Shown: piece after piece, positions 35,886 to 46,530 of the stretch
How positions within the stretch are numbered: position 1 is the stretch's first letter
Layout of the letters: each line of letters starts with the position of its first letter
Assembly (NCBI GenBank): GCA_031280685.1
Contig: JAITGM010000016.1
Coordinates: 1,665 to 65,664 of the forward strand
Length of the DNA: 64,000 bases
Direction of reading: 5' to 3'
Source: Christensenellaceae bacterium
GTDB lineage: Bacteria > Bacillota > Clostridia > Christensenellales > UBA1750
Made by a program: the position numbers and the translations under genes
The notes under the pieces: generated by a model
The model's input: only the letters and a program-made list of their open reading frames with translations
What the model was told of the DNA's origin: nothing
Databases searched by the model: none

Positions 35886-35962
35886 ATAAGGGATTGCTCA
35901 ACTTGGGCGCCCCCTTCGGAGCCCAAGCCCTTCATTCATCCAAAAACAAGGAGGTTTTTCCA

Positions 35963-36490
35963 GTGACCTTCCTCAAAAAAGCGGCTCTCGCCGCGCTCGC
36001 GCTTTGCCTTTGCCTCACCCTTCTTGCCTGTTCCAGCGTGCAGGAGGCGGGCACCAAGCTCGCAGAGCAGGTCGGGCAGCTCCTGCACGGCGACGTGACC
36101 GGCAAAATCGGCGAAACCTACCGCACGGAATGGTTTAATTTCAGTGTTTCTTCCATCAAAGAGGTCAAGGAGTATGCCGGCTATACCCCTAAGGAGGGCA
36201 ATACCCTCTACGATGTGGTGATCACCGAGCTTTCGACCTTTGCCGATCCTATCCCCATGGGCACTTTCGATTTTTACATGGATGCCGAAAGCTTCGATGA
36301 GTACGTCTTCCCGATGGATCCCATCGACGAAACGATGATGCCCACCGAATTTACGCTGAACAAGGACGACAACGTAAACTACCACATGGTATATGAAGTT
36401 CCCTCAGGCACCGCAGGCCTTAAGTTGATGTATACGGAGCTGAGCGAGGCCGACGAAAAAGGCGCGACCTTTACCATCCCCATCGACTGA
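35963..36490 (+). CDS. Lipoprotein, DUF4352-like beta-sandwich
   Basis: The GTG start at 35963 is preceded by AAGGAGG. The signal peptide has a lipobox (LTLLAC|SS). The ORF-track start at 35894 lacks an RBS. Confidence 0.7.
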   Translation: MTFLKKAALAALALCLCLTLLACSSVQEAGTKLAEQVGQLLHGDVTGKIGETYRTEWFNFSVSSIKEVKEYAGYTPKEGNTLYDVVITELSTFADPIPMGTFDFYMDAESFDEYVFPMDPIDETMMPTEFTLNKDDNVNYHMVYEVPSGTAGLKLMYTELSEADEKGATFTIPID

Positions 36491-36507
36491 TTCACCCTAA
36501 AAAGCCC

Positions 36508-36540
36508 AAGAGGGCGGCCTGGCGGCCGCTCTTTTCTTTT
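36508..36540 (+). terminator. Rho-independent terminator
   Basis: Stem AAGAGGGCGGCC/GGCCGCTCTT (one bulge), then TTTCTTTTATTTG. Confidence 0.65.
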
Positions 36541-36650
36541 ATTTGTTTTTTGGCAAAAGGTCTTTTTGCGCCTTCGTCGAATATAAAGGCTGTAGCAAGG
36601 CTCATGCCCCGTTCAGGGGCCAATTCAAATCAAAGAAGGGACGGCTGCGC

Positions 36651-37268
36651 ATGAAGAGCATCATCACCATCGGCCGCCAATTCGGCAGCGGCGGCAGGGC
36701 CGTCGGCAAGCGCCTCTCCGAACTCCTCGGCGTCCCCTTTTACGATAAGGAGCTCATCGAGCTTGCCGCCGAGGCCGGCGGCATGAGCGCCGAGGTCTTT
36801 TCCAGCGTGGATGAAAAGGCCGCGGGCGGTCTCGTCTATTCCCCGGCAAACCTCATGATGGGCGGCGAAATGCGCTTTACCCCGCAGGTCGAGCTCCCCT
36901 TGAACGACAAGCTCTTCATCCTCTCGTCAAAGGTCGTCGCTTCCATCGCGGCAGAAGGTCCCTGCGTGCTCATCGGCCGCTGCGCGGACTATGTTCTGCG
37001 CGAAAACCCCGCGCTGCTCAGCGCTTTCATCCACGCGCCGCTGGGCTCCAGGCTCGAGCGCGTCACCAAGCTGTATGCCCTCTCGCCCGATGCCGCAGAA
37101 AAGCGCATCAATAAGGAAGATAGGCAGCGCGCCCAATACTATGCCTACTTCACCGGCCGAAGCTGGGCCTCAATGGAAAACTACCAGCTTGCCTTGGATT
37201 CCTCCCTCCTGGGCGAGGAAGGCACGGCGCGGCTGCTCGCCCATATCGCAAAGGAGCGCGGCGTCTAG
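36651..37268 (+). CDS. Cytidylate kinase-like family protein (AAA_28/Cytidylate_kin2)
   Basis: Start re-set to MKSIITIGRQFGSGGRAVGKRLSELLGVPFYDKELI, the hallmark N-terminus of this family. Confidence 0.8.
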   Translation: MKSIITIGRQFGSGGRAVGKRLSELLGVPFYDKELIELAAEAGGMSAEVFSSVDEKAAGGLVYSPANLMMGGEMRFTPQVELPLNDKLFILSSKVVASIAAEGPCVLIGRCADYVLRENPALLSAFIHAPLGSRLERVTKLYALSPDAAEKRINKEDRQRAQYYAYFTGRSWASMENYQLALDSSLLGEEGTARLLAHIAKERGV

Positions 37269-37270
37269 CC

Positions 37271-38521
37271 ATGCAAACGAGATCCCGCGCGCTGCTCCCC
37301 GCGCTTTTGGCGTTCTTTTTGCCCCTTTTGGCGCTCTGCTCCTGCCAAAGCGGCTTCCCGGCCCCAAGCGGCACGCCGGGGAGTTTTTCCGCGCCCCTTT
37401 CCCCCTCAGAAACGCCGCCTTCCGCTCCGTCGCAAAGCCCGGCGGCCTCCCCAAGTTTCGAAAGTCCCTACGACGCGGAGGCCGCCAGGCCGCTGCTCAA
37501 CGCCCTGGCCGAGCTCGCGCTCGAAACCGGGGACTCCATTGATTTTAGCGCCGTGCCCGATGCCGCCCTGGTCGATCGTCTCCTCGCCCTGCTCCTGCGC
37601 GATGAAGCCTTCCTCCTTCCCGGCATCGAATACGACGGGAGCCAGGTTCTTTGCACGCCCGCCGCGCTGGAAACCGCCTACGCCGCCTGCTTCGCGGGCG
37701 GAAGCTGGCAGCAACCACCCAAGAACGGCCTGGGCGTCACGCAAAACGGCAGCGTGCGCTACCCGCTCCTTGGCAGGAGCGACCTGCAGCTGCATATGCC
37801 GCTCGATAGCTTCACCAGGCTGGAAGACGGCAGCCTGCGCCTGGACTTCAGCCTGCTATGGGCCTACCCCGAGGATGCGCAGGCGGCGCGCGGCGGCACC
37901 GTCGCCCTTGTCGCCCTGCCCGATGAAAGCACCCCCTTTTCCTTCCGTCTGCTCGGCATGCAGGCCATCATCAACCTGCGCCCTGGCGACCAGGTCGGCA
38001 GCCATCCACGCCGCGATATGGAGCTTTTCCGCGCGCCGCTCTTCGCCGTCGCCAGCGCCTGCACCCTCACCCGCGAGGGCTTTGACGAGCAACCCAGCGC
38101 CACCTTCGCCTGGACCGCGGTTTCTTCCCTGCTCTATGCCTACGGCGCCGATTTTGGGCTTGCCCCCACCAAAGAAACCCTATTCGTGCCCGAAGAAACC
38201 ATGAAGGCCGCCTTTTCCGCCCTTTTTGGCAGGGATTTTGAAATCCCCCTCCCCTTGCCGCCCCGGCTCGCCAGGCGGGTGCAGCTCGCCTTCGGCGGCT
38301 ACACCCTTTATTCCGCGCCGGAAGCGCTCGAGATGCGCTTTGAAAGCTGGCATTCCGGCATGGACTTCACCGATGAGTTCAGCATCCTGCTCTATGGGGA
38401 GCAGAACGGCCAAAGTCTCTTCCAGGGGCAGCTACGCGTGGCGTTGAGCCCACAAGATGGTGGTCTTTATAAAAACCGCCGCATTTCCGCCGTAATTTAC
38501 ACCCCGGGGGACGCCGGCTAG
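37271..38521 (+). CDS. Hypothetical lipoprotein
   Basis: 416-aa ORF starting 2 nt after the previous stop. Signal peptide with lipobox (LLALC|SC). No recognisable domain. Confidence 0.65.
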   Translation: MQTRSRALLPALLAFFLPLLALCSCQSGFPAPSGTPGSFSAPLSPSETPPSAPSQSPAASPSFESPYDAEAARPLLNALAELALETGDSIDFSAVPDAALVDRLLALLLRDEAFLLPGIEYDGSQVLCTPAALETAYAACFAGGSWQQPPKNGLGVTQNGSVRYPLLGRSDLQLHMPLDSFTRLEDGSLRLDFSLLWAYPEDAQAARGGTVALVALPDESTPFSFRLLGMQAIINLRPGDQVGSHPRRDMELFRAPLFAVASACTLTREGFDEQPSATFAWTAVSSLLYAYGADFGLAPTKETLFVPEETMKAAFSALFGRDFEIPLPLPPRLARRVQLAFGGYTLYSAPEALEMRFESWHSGMDFTDEFSILLYGEQNGQSLFQGQLRVALSPQDGGLYKNRRISAVIYTPGDAG

Positions 38522-38551
38522 CCAAAAACCCTCTTATTAAGGAGGCTCCTC

Positions 38552-39310
38552 ATGCGCCTGATCTCGTGGAACGTCAACGGCCTACGCGCCTCGCTCGGCA
38601 AGGGCTTCAACGAAGCCTTCCTCGCGCTCGATGCAGACTTCTTCTGCCTGCAAGAAACCAAGATCCAGCCCGGCCAGGTCGATTTTTCCCCGGCGGGCTA
38701 CGCGCAGCTTTGGCATTATGCCGAAAAGAAGGGCTATTCCGGCACGGCGATCTTCGCCAAGGAGAAGCCCCTCTCGGTTCAGTTCGGCCCCGGCCTCCAC
38801 ATGGAGGATCACGAGGGCAGGCTCATCACCGCCGAGTTTCAGGGCTTTTATCTTCTCTGCTGCTACACTCCCAACGCGCAGCCCGAGCTCAAGCGCCTCG
38901 GCTTTCGCCTGGAATGGGAAGCGGCCCTGCAAAAGCATATCGCAGATTTGCAGGCGCGCAAGCCCGTCCTGCTTTGCGGCGATTTGAACGTGGCCCATCA
39001 GGAAATCGACCTCACCCACCCCAAGGCCAACCGCGGCAACCCCGGCTTTTCGGATGAGGAGCGCGCAGCCTTTACGGGTCTGCTCAAAGAACAGACCTTG
39101 GTCGATTCTTATCGCCACTTTTACCCCGACCGCAGCGGCGCCTATTCCTGGTGGAGCTACCGCATGAACGCGCGCGAAAAGAACGTGGGCTGGCGCATCG
39201 ATTATTTCCTCTGCTCCGAAGCCCTCAGAGGCTCGCTGCGAGATGCCTTGATTTACCCTCAAATCTTCGGCTCCGATCATTGCCCGGTGGGCCTTGAGCT
39301 TAGCCTGTGA
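38552..39310 (+). CDS. xth: Exodeoxyribonuclease III
   Basis: 252-aa ORF with MRLISWNVNGLRA, LQETK and the GSDHCPV C-terminus. Confidence 0.9.
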   Translation: MRLISWNVNGLRASLGKGFNEAFLALDADFFCLQETKIQPGQVDFSPAGYAQLWHYAEKKGYSGTAIFAKEKPLSVQFGPGLHMEDHEGRLITAEFQGFYLLCCYTPNAQPELKRLGFRLEWEAALQKHIADLQARKPVLLCGDLNVAHQEIDLTHPKANRGNPGFSDEERAAFTGLLKEQTLVDSYRHFYPDRSGAYSWWSYRMNAREKNVGWRIDYFLCSEALRGSLRDALIYPQIFGSDHCPVGLELSL

Positions 39311-39325
39311 AGGAGCGGCCCTCAA

Positions 39326-39565
39326 GTGAAGAAAAACCAACCGTGGTCTGAACTGCCAAAGGAGGGGCGTGAAGAGTTGCTGGCCAGTCTCAAGCTCCTT
39401 TCGAAGGAGCTGCTGGAGCTTGAGCTTAGCGATTTGAAGGCCCGCCTTCTGCTCGAAGAGCTTCTTGCCCTGCTGGGCCCGCGCCTTTACAACCTCGGCA
39501 TCGAAGATGCGGCCGCGTTAATGGCCCTCCGCATCGAGGATCTCTACTCCCTGCTCAAGCCTTGA
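39326..39565 (+). CDS. DUF2164-like small protein
   Basis: 79-aa ORF with a GTG start. The helical pattern ...LLEELLALLGPRLYNLGIEDA... resembles DUF2164 as I recall it. Confidence 0.5.
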   Translation: MKKNQPWSELPKEGREELLASLKLLSKELLELELSDLKARLLLEELLALLGPRLYNLGIEDAAALMALRIEDLYSLLKP

Positions 39566-39574
39566 GCGCCAAGC

Positions 39575-39614
39575 AAAAAAAGGGAGCGTTCCAAGCCGGA
39601 ACGGCCCCTTTTTT
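39575..39614. terminator. Bidirectional rho-independent terminator between convergent genes
   Basis: AAAAAAAGGGAGCGTTCC-aagcc-GGAACGGCCCCTTTTTTG, flanked by an A-run and a T-run. Confidence 0.7.
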
Positions 39615-39638
39615 GCGAAGAGGAAAGGCTGCTTCGCC

Positions 39639-41000
39639 TTAAATCATCGCGAGGATGATGAAATTAAGCAGGAACAGAGCAGTCACCACCCAGAGCACCG
39701 GATGCACCTGCTTGGCCTGGCCCTTGAGCACCTTCACCAGGCAATAGAAGATGAAGCCGGCCGCGATGCCGTAGGAAATCGAGTAGCACAGCGCCATAAA
39801 CAGCCCCGCGAAGAAGGCGGGCAATGCCTCCTCGATTTCAGACCATTTGATGTCTGCAAAGGCCGAAACCATCATCACGCCCACGATGATGAGGGCGGGC
39901 GCAGTCGCCTGCGAGGGCACGATGCCGATGACCGGAGCCAGAACGATGCTTAGCAGGAACATCGCGGAGGTGACCACCGAAGTCAGCCCAGTGCGGCCGC
40001 CCACGGCGATGCCCGCCGCGCTTTCGATGTAGGTCGTGGTGTTCGAGGTGCCAAAGACCGCGCCAATTGAGGTGGCCACGGAGTCCGCGAAGAGGGCCTT
40101 ATCCATCTTGGACTTAAAGCCCGAAGAATTTTCGAGCGCTCGCTCGTCCGCCGCGTCAAAAATGCCCGTGCGGCGCCCTGTGCCGATGAAGGTGCCGATG
40201 GTATCGAAGGTATCCGACAGGCTGAAGGCGAAGATCGTCATCAGCACGAGGGGAATTTTTGAGGCGTCCGCAAAGAGCGAGCCCATCCCCGCGGAACCAA
40301 AGGCTGCGCCGAAGGTCGTACCCAATTCCGCAAAGGAGTTTTCAACGCCCGCGAAGCTGATGGAGCTTAAATTCACCGCCCCAAAGGGGATGCCGATGAG
40401 GGTCGAGGCGATGATCGAAATGAAAATCGCGCCCGGCACCTTTAAAATGACCAGCACCACCATCAGGAGCAGGGAAACCACCGCGAAGATCAGCGCGGGG
40501 CTGTTGAAGGTGGCGATCGAGGGCACACCGGCGTCAAAATTGAGCAGGTTGACGTTCAGCAGGCCGATGTAGGCGATGAACACGCCGATGCCGCCGCCGA
40601 TTGCGTTTTGCAGGCTTGAGGGAATGGCCTTGATCAGCGCCTTGCGCAGCTTGGTGACGGTGATGATCACGTTGATGATGCCGCAAAGGAAGACCATCGC
40701 CAGCGCCTGCTGCCAGGAAAAGCCCAGCGCGAAGCAAACCGTGTAGGTAAAGAAGGCGTTCAGGCCCATGCCGGGGGCCTGGGCATAGGGCACGTTCGCG
40801 AAAAGGCCCATCACCAGCGTGCCGGCGGCGGCGGCGAAGACCGTCGCCAAAAAGACCGCGCCCGCGGGGATTCCGGTTTGGGACAGGACGCTGGGGTTGA
40901 CGAATAGGATGTAGGCCATCGCGAAGAAGGTCGTGAGGCCCGCGAGGACCTCGGTCGAGGCCTTGGTTCCGTTTTCCTTGAGCTTAAAGAAGCTTTCCAT
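39639..41000 (-). CDS. NCS2/AzgA-family purine (adenine/guanine/hypoxanthine) permease
   Basis: 453-aa polytopic protein. The N-terminus FFKLKENGTKASTEVLAGLTTFFAMAYILFVNP is typical of PbuG/AzgA permeases. Confidence 0.85.
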   Translation of the reverse strand: MESFFKLKENGTKASTEVLAGLTTFFAMAYILFVNPSVLSQTGIPAGAVFLATVFAAAAGTLVMGLFANVPYAQAPGMGLNAFFTYTVCFALGFSWQQALAMVFLCGIINVIITVTKLRKALIKAIPSSLQNAIGGGIGVFIAYIGLLNVNLLNFDAGVPSIATFNSPALIFAVVSLLLMVVLVILKVPGAIFISIIASTLIGIPFGAVNLSSISFAGVENSFAELGTTFGAAFGSAGMGSLFADASKIPLVLMTIFAFSLSDTFDTIGTFIGTGRRTGIFDAADERALENSSGFKSKMDKALFADSVATSIGAVFGTSNTTTYIESAAGIAVGGRTGLTSVVTSAMFLLSIVLAPVIGIVPSQATAPALIIVGVMMVSAFADIKWSEIEEALPAFFAGLFMALCYSISYGIAAGFIFYCLVKVLKGQAKQVHPVLWVVTALFLLNFIILAMI

Positions 41001-41058
41001 CGGTCTTTTCCCCTCCTAAAGTCGCTTTGCCCACGAAAAGCCTTCCGCAGACAGTCAT

Positions 41059-41087
41059 ATTCTACAGCATAGCACAACTTTTTACAA
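41059..41087 (-). promoter_or_regulatory. Sigma-A type promoter for the purine permease gene
   Basis: The minus strand has TTGTAA, a 17-nt spacer, then TAGAAT. The remaining leader is about 55 nt with RBS AGGAGGGG. Confidence 0.5.
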
Positions 41088-41126
41088 TCATGTTTCTTTC
41101 GCTTTGCGAAATTCTTCGCTTCCGGG

Positions 41127-41188
41127 GCGAAAAGGGGCATAAAAGGGGAAGGCCTCCGCAGGAGCGAAGCCCTTCCCCCTTTTATGCC
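41127..41188 (-). terminator. Rho-independent terminator after the LRR surface-protein gene
   Basis: On the minus strand: GGCATAAAAGGGGGAAGG...CCTTCCCCTTTTATGCC, followed by CCTTTTCG. Confidence 0.65.
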
Positions 41189-41211
41189 TTGGATTCGGCC
41201 TTTTAGGCCCT

Positions 41212-42453
41212 CTAACCCTGCGGCCTGCGCCTGGCGGCCCAGAAAACCCCGCCCGCGCCCAGAATAGCCGCCCCAAGAACGAGCGCCCAAAGCGCTAAAT
41301 CCGCCCTGTCGCCGGTCTGCGGAACCGTATGGCTATAATAGACGGGATGCGGACTGATCGGCTGCGCGGCCGTCTCGGAGGTCAGGGTTGGCTGCTCCTC
41401 CGTCCAGGGTGGCGGAGGCAAGGGATTGCCGCTCCCGCCATCTTGCTTGAACGTAACTTGAATGGTATGCGCCCCCGTCACATTCTCAAATGTATAGGCG
41501 CCTGCAGCCACGGCGGCGCTGAACCCCGCCCCCGAAAGCTCAACGCCGTCTACGATGATCTTACCCACGCTGTAGCCTGCATCCGGGGCGAAGCGCACGA
41601 TCTTATTCTCTCCCGTCCATACCAACACTTCGCCATCCGGGGAAACGCTCCCGCCAGCGCCGGCGCTCGCCATAATGCCGAAGGCCACGAAGTTCACGGT
41701 CGCCCTTCCTTCGCCATATTGTATGGTAATCGTCGCCCCGGTGTCCTTCCCATTGGCAAAGATATAGTAGGCGCCGCGCCCAACGGCGAAATACGAACTA
41801 TTCCCCGCTGTTCCCAGCGATGCGGCGGAGGCGGGAGGGATTGGCGCTGCCGTGTTGGCCACGAAACTCAGATCCAGGCCATGATCCGGCCAGGGTTCGC
41901 CGTTGCGCGTGACGGTCAGCACCACGGGGAATCCGTCAACGATGCGGCCCGTAGCAGTGCCCAGATTGCCTTGCCAACCTCCACCATCGTTCACCGCCTC
42001 GTAGGCAGCTTGGCTGCCACTGGGCACATAGACGCGGAAGCTAGGCAGATTCCATGCATAAGAAAAGATATCTTTGCCTATCGTGATGAGTGTCGGATCA
42101 GGTTGCAAAAAGGTCACACTCAAAAAAACAAGCCCGCCTCCAGGGACGCCACTGGCATCACTCGCGTCAAAAGCTCTTTCCCCGATCACCCTCACGCTTT
42201 CAGGGATGACGAGATTTGCAGTCACCTGGGGGCTTGAGCGATAAAAGGCCAAGTCGGCAATCTCCGTCACCGGCAAGCCGTCTAGCTCATCCGGAATGAC
42301 CACGAGCCCGCCCGATCCCGTATAGCCGGTGATCTTCCAACCTCCGGCACCGTCAGATACCGCCTCAAAATCCCCGAAGGTATCGGCAAACGCCAAGGGC
42401 GCCATCGCCACCAGCAATAACACGGCCAGGCACAGGGCCAGCCCTTTCTTCAT
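41212..42453 (-). CDS. Sortase-anchored surface protein with BspA-type leucine-rich repeats and an InlB-B-repeat-like domain
   Basis: Start re-set to MKKGLALCLAVLLLVAMAPLAFA, preceded by GGAAGGAGAGG. LRR segment (VVIPDELDGLPVTEIADLAFY...LVIPESVRVIGERAFD). C-terminal sorting signal VPQTGD, a hydrophobic helix, then RRRPQG. Confidence 0.8.
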   Translation of the reverse strand: MKKGLALCLAVLLLVAMAPLAFADTFGDFEAVSDGAGGWKITGYTGSGGLVVIPDELDGLPVTEIADLAFYRSSPQVTANLVIPESVRVIGERAFDASDASGVPGGGLVFLSVTFLQPDPTLITIGKDIFSYAWNLPSFRVYVPSGSQAAYEAVNDGGGWQGNLGTATGRIVDGFPVVLTVTRNGEPWPDHGLDLSFVANTAAPIPPASAASLGTAGNSSYFAVGRGAYYIFANGKDTGATITIQYGEGRATVNFVAFGIMASAGAGGSVSPDGEVLVWTGENKIVRFAPDAGYSVGKIIVDGVELSGAGFSAAVAAGAYTFENVTGAHTIQVTFKQDGGSGNPLPPPPWTEEQPTLTSETAAQPISPHPVYYSHTVPQTGDRADLALWALVLGAAILGAGGVFWAARRRPQG

Positions 42454-42515
42454 ATGAAAACCTCTCCTTCCCTGATTGCAAGCGCACAAATCGCATCTTT
42501 TGGTGAATCTAGTTT

Positions 42516-42570
42516 ATTCTACCCCCCTCCCCGTCAATGGACTTTCCATTTCTACATAGCGTTTCATTAA
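42516..42570 (-). promoter_or_regulatory. Conserved upstream element, copy B (shared with 50982-51036)
   Basis: The gene strand reads TTAATGAAAC-gct-ATGTA-gaaa-TGGAAA-gtcc-ATTGAC-GGGGAGGG-ggg-TAGAAT, 63 nt upstream of the LRR gene ATG. The blocks and spacing match the copy upstream of the SH3 gene. Confidence 0.4.
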
Positions 42571-42659
42571 TAGGTCTTTTTGTCGAATAAAAAAGAAAAC
42601 CTCGTGGCAGGCCTATATTTCAGAGTTGTTTCAAAAGGTCGTCCAATTTCCTTTTATGC

Positions 42660-42694
42660 CCAAAACCAAAGGAGCGGCCATCGGCCGCTCCTTT
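42660..42694 (-). terminator. Rho-independent terminator after typA
   Basis: AAAGGAGCGGCC-atc-GGCCGCTCCTTT, a perfect 12-bp stem. On the minus strand it is followed by GGTTTTGG. Confidence 0.7.
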
Positions 42695-42713
42695 ATCGTG
42701 TTCTCAGCTTTCT

Positions 42714-44534
42714 TTAAGCGTTTCTGCGCCCCGCGCGCATCCGCGCGGTCGCGTCGAGTATGCGCTTGCGCATCCGAATATGCTGGGGCGTGATCTCGAC
42801 CAGTTCGTCGTCAGAAATGAACTCCAGCGCCTTTTCGAGCGTCATCGCCCGCACGGGCTTCAGGCGCATCGCGTCCTCGGCCGCCGCCGAGTTGCGAATG
42901 GAGGTGAGGTGCTTTGCCTTGCACACGTTCAGCTCAATATCGCCCTGGCGCAGGTTTTGGCCAACGACCATGCCTGCATAAACCTCGTTACCCGGCACCA
43001 CGAAGAGCTCCCCGCGCTCCTGGGCGTAGAACAAGCCGTAGGTCAGCGCCGTCCCGGTTTCAAAGGCCACCAAGGAGCCAAAATTGCGCAGCGGAATCTC
43101 GCCCTTGTAGGGCTCGTAGCCGTCGAAGATCGATGACATGATGCCTTCGCCCCTCGTATCGGTCAAGAATTCGGATCTGTAGCCAAACAGCCCCCGCGCG
43201 GGCACCGAAAAACTCATGCGCACGCGGCCCTGGCCGCTCATGTCCAGCATCTGGCCCTTCCGCCTGCCCAGCTTTTCTATCACCGTGCCCACGCTTTCTT
43301 CGGGAACGTCCACCACAAGCCTTTCCATGGGCTCGTTGCGCTGCCCGTCGATCTCGCGGAAGAGCACCTCGGGCTTGGAAACCTGAAATTCATAGCCCTG
43401 GCGGCGCATGGTTTCGATCAGCACCGTCAAATGCAGCTCGCCGCGCCCCGAAACGCGGAATTGGTCGGTGGTCGAGCCCTCTTCCACCCGCAAAGACACG
43501 TCGGTCTGCAATTCGCGCATCAGCCGCGCGCGCAGGTGGCGCGAGGTGACGAACTTGCCCTCGCGGCCGGCGAAGGGTGAATCGTTGACCGAAAAGGTCA
43601 CGGCCATGGTCGGCTCCGAGATGCGCACGAAAGGCAGCGGCTCGACGCTTACGGGGTCGCAGAGCGTATCGCCAATGGAGATCTCCTCCATGCCCGAAAC
43701 CGCCACGATGTCGCCCATGCGGGCCTCTTCGACCGGCACGCGCTCAAGGCCGTCAAAGGCGAACAGCGCGCTGACCTTCTCGTTCGTGGGCTGCGCCTCG
43801 CTGCCCAGCAGGGCCATGACCACGTTCATGTTCTTGCGGATGGAGCCGCGCTCCACCCGCCCGATGCCGATGCGCCCCACGTAATCATTATAGTCGATGG
43901 TCGAAATCAACAGCTGCAGGGGGCCGTCCTCCTCCCCCTCGGGCGCGGGAACATACTGCAAAATGGCGTCAAAAAGGGGCTGCAGGTCCGTGCCCTCGCC
44001 TTTAGGCTCCGCCGAGCAAACGCCCTTGCGCGCGGAAGCGTACAAAAAGGGGCAGTCGAGCTGCTCATCGCTGGCCTCCAGGTCGATTAAAAGGTCGATG
44101 CACTCATCCATGACCTCAAGCGGCCTGGCGTCCTGCCTATCGATCTTATTGATGCACACAATGGCCTTGTGCCCAAGCTCCAGCGCCTTGCGCAGCACGA
44201 AGCGGGTCTGCGGCATCGGGCCCTCGAAGGCGTCCACCAGCAAAATCACCCCGTCCACCATCTTGAGCACGCGCTCGACCTCGCCGCCGAAGTCCGCGTG
44301 GCCCGGCGTGTCGATGATGTTGATCTTCGTGCCCTTGTAGCTGATCGCCGTGTTCTTGGCCAGAATCGTGATGCCGCGCTCGCGCTCGATGTCGCCCGAA
44401 TCCATCACGCGCTCAGCCACCTGCTGGTTTTCGCGGAAGATGCCGGATTGCTTGAGCATTTCATCGACCAGGGTGGTCTTGCCGTGGTCAACGTGCGCGA
44501 TGATGGCGATGTTGCGAATATCCTCTCGAATCAA
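42714..44534 (-). CDS. typA: Translational GTPase TypA/BipA
   Basis: 606-aa ORF. N-terminus [19 protein letters not shown], with the G-domain motifs DTPGHADF and NKID. Confidence 0.95.
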   Translation of the reverse strand: MIREDIRNIAIIAHVDHGKTTLVDEMLKQSGIFRENQQVAERVMDSGDIERERGITILAKNTAISYKGTKINIIDTPGHADFGGEVERVLKMVDGVILLVDAFEGPMPQTRFVLRKALELGHKAIVCINKIDRQDARPLEVMDECIDLLIDLEASDEQLDCPFLYASARKGVCSAEPKGEGTDLQPLFDAILQYVPAPEGEEDGPLQLLISTIDYNDYVGRIGIGRVERGSIRKNMNVVMALLGSEAQPTNEKVSALFAFDGLERVPVEEARMGDIVAVSGMEEISIGDTLCDPVSVEPLPFVRISEPTMAVTFSVNDSPFAGREGKFVTSRHLRARLMRELQTDVSLRVEEGSTTDQFRVSGRGELHLTVLIETMRRQGYEFQVSKPEVLFREIDGQRNEPMERLVVDVPEESVGTVIEKLGRRKGQMLDMSGQGRVRMSFSVPARGLFGYRSEFLTDTRGEGIMSSIFDGYEPYKGEIPLRNFGSLVAFETGTALTYGLFYAQERGELFVVPGNEVYAGMVVGQNLRQGDIELNVCKAKHLTSIRNSAAAEDAMRLKPVRAMTLEKALEFISDDELVEITPQHIRMRKRILDATARMRAGRRNA

Positions 44535-44564
44535 AAGAAGTTCCTCCTATTTTTCCGCGCCTTT

Positions 44565-46157
44565 TTAGTTTTGCGCAATGGAATTTAGGCTTAGGCCCGG
44601 ATTGTTTTCGAGCGCCCAGGCGATCTGCCACTCGTTTTCAAAGAGCAGAACCGGCCTTTCAAAACGATCGAGCGCGTGCAGCGTGGTCGAAGTCAGCCGC
44701 AGCCTCTCAATCGGCCCCGGCGCCTGCGCCACCCAGCGCACGGCGGAATATGGAAGCTGCTGAATGCGCACCTCGGCGCCGTACTCAGCTTCGAGCCTGT
44801 ATTTTAATACGTCAAACTGCAAAACGCCCACCGCGCCCACGATCAATTCTTCATAGCCCAGGTCCTTGCGCCTGAAAACCTGCACGGCCCCTTCTTCAGA
44901 AAGCTGGGTCATGCCCTTGACGAACTGCTTACGCTTTAGGGAGTCCGGCGTGGAGACCCGGGCGAAATGCTCGGGCGCAAAGAGCGGAATGCCCTCGTAG
45001 CGAACGCTCTGGCCGGCATAGAGCGTATCGCCCAAGGCGAAGATGCCAGGATCGAACAGGCCGATGATGTCGCCGGGGAAGGCGGTTTCAACCCCCTCGC
45101 GCGCATCCGCCATGAAGGCTTGCGGCTGCGCGAGGCGAATCTCTTTGCCGGTTGAAGCCTGCCTGACCGACATGCCCTTTTCGAACACCCCCGAGCAAAC
45201 CCGCAAAAAGGCCACCCTGTCGCGGTGAGCCGGGTTCATGTTGGCCTGAATCTTAAAGATAAAGCCCGAAAACCCCGAAGATTCGGGCAAAACCACCTCC
45301 CCGCCCGAGAGACGCGGCAGAGGCGGCAGCGAATACTCCAAAAAGTATTTGAGGAAGGATTCCACGCCGAAGTTGTTCATCGCGGAACCGAAAAACATGG
45401 GGGAAAGCCGCCCTTCGCGCACGGCCCCAAGCTCAAACCCGTCCCCCGCGATGTCGAGCAGCTCGACGTCCTCCCTCAGCTTCTCAACGTAATAGGGCTC
45501 CAGCTTTTCGTTCAGGCCCTCTTCATCCACGAAGCTCGCCGCGGTTTCGGTGCTGCCATGCCTGCCGCCCTCAAAAAGCTCCACCCGCCTCGAAAAGCGG
45601 TGGTATACGCCCTGAAAGTCCCCGTCGGTGCCGATGGGCCAGGTCACGGGGCAGGCCCGGATGCCCAGAACCTTTTCAATCTCCTCCATCAGCTCGAAGG
45701 GGTCGCGCGCAGCCCTGTCCATCTTGTTGACGAAGGTGAAAATCGGAATGCCGCGCATCCTGCACACCTCAAAGAGCTTGATGGTCTGCGTCTCCACGCC
45801 CCGCGCCGCGTCAATCAGCATCACCGCGCAGTCGGCGGCGACCAGGGTACGGTAAGTATCCTCTGAAAAGTCCTGGTGGCCCGGGGTATCAAGGATGTTG
45901 ATGTGGTAGCCCCCAAACTCAAACTGCATCACCGAGGAGGTCACGGAAATGCCGCGCTGCTTCTCAATCTCCATCCAGTCCGAGGTCGCGTGGCGCTCCG
46001 CCTTGCGCGCCTTCACCGAGCCCGCGAGCCGGATTGCCCCGCCATAAAGAAGAAGCTTCTCGGTCAGCGTGGTCTTGCCCGCGTCCGGGTGCGAAATAAT
46101 GGCGAAGGTGCGCCTGCGCGCGATCTCGCCCCTTAAATCCTGCGCGAAAATCTGCAT
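44565..46157 (-). CDS. prfC: Peptide chain release factor 3
   Basis: 530-aa ORF with [36 protein letters not shown] and NKMD. Confidence 0.95.
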   Translation of the reverse strand: MQIFAQDLRGEIARRRTFAIISHPDAGKTTLTEKLLLYGGAIRLAGSVKARKAERHATSDWMEIEKQRGISVTSSVMQFEFGGYHINILDTPGHQDFSEDTYRTLVAADCAVMLIDAARGVETQTIKLFEVCRMRGIPIFTFVNKMDRAARDPFELMEEIEKVLGIRACPVTWPIGTDGDFQGVYHRFSRRVELFEGGRHGSTETAASFVDEEGLNEKLEPYYVEKLREDVELLDIAGDGFELGAVREGRLSPMFFGSAMNNFGVESFLKYFLEYSLPPLPRLSGGEVVLPESSGFSGFIFKIQANMNPAHRDRVAFLRVCSGVFEKGMSVRQASTGKEIRLAQPQAFMADAREGVETAFPGDIIGLFDPGIFALGDTLYAGQSVRYEGIPLFAPEHFARVSTPDSLKRKQFVKGMTQLSEEGAVQVFRRKDLGYEELIVGAVGVLQFDVLKYRLEAEYGAEVRIQQLPYSAVRWVAQAPGPIERLRLTSTTLHALDRFERPVLLFENEWQIAWALENNPGLSLNSIAQN

Positions 46158-46208
46158 GAACTACCCTTTCCCCCTTGAGCCCACTCTCCAAATGCCAAAC
46201 TGCTCCTA

Positions 46209-46238
46209 TTATAGTCCCCCGCCCGGCTCAAATTCAAC
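46209..46238 (-). promoter_or_regulatory. Sigma-A type promoter for prfC-typA
   Basis: The minus strand has TTGAAT, an 18-nt spacer, then TATAAT, about 50 nt upstream of the prfC ATG. Confidence 0.55.
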
Positions 46239-46269
46239 GCAGCTATGTTAAATTCGAGGGCGAAACGGC

Positions 46270-46530
46270 CCGCATCGCCATTGCGAACAGGAATGCAGTC
46301 CGCTCTTCGCCGTCATCGCGATTCCCGTGCCGCTCCTCACAATGAGGAAAAAAGGCGGCCACGGGCGGCTGACAGATCATCCCAATCCCTCGCACCGCCG
46401 CAATCGCTGCCTCCCGCGCTCAAAAAGCCTCCTACCCCGTCATTGCGAGGGCATCGAAGTAGTCCAGCGTTCCTCCTCTTTTAATGATTCCCCTCCGGAT
46501 TCCCGCTTCGCGCAACGACAAAAAAAGCCG
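46270..46530. repeat. Degenerate copies of the CGTCATTGCGAGG palindromic element family
   Basis: The best copy spans 46438-46520: CGTCATTGCGAGGGCATCGAAGTAGTCCAG...CGGATTCCCGCTTCGCGCAACGAC, followed by an A-run. Weaker fragments lie at 46278-46350 (CGCCATTGCGAAC...CCTCACAATGAGG plus an A-run) and 46385-46425. Confidence 0.7.

Noticed and set aside
41001-41090. Purine riboswitch upstream of the purine permease
   Set aside because: The predicted promoter leaves only a ~55-nt leader, and none of the purine-riboswitch core motifs is present.
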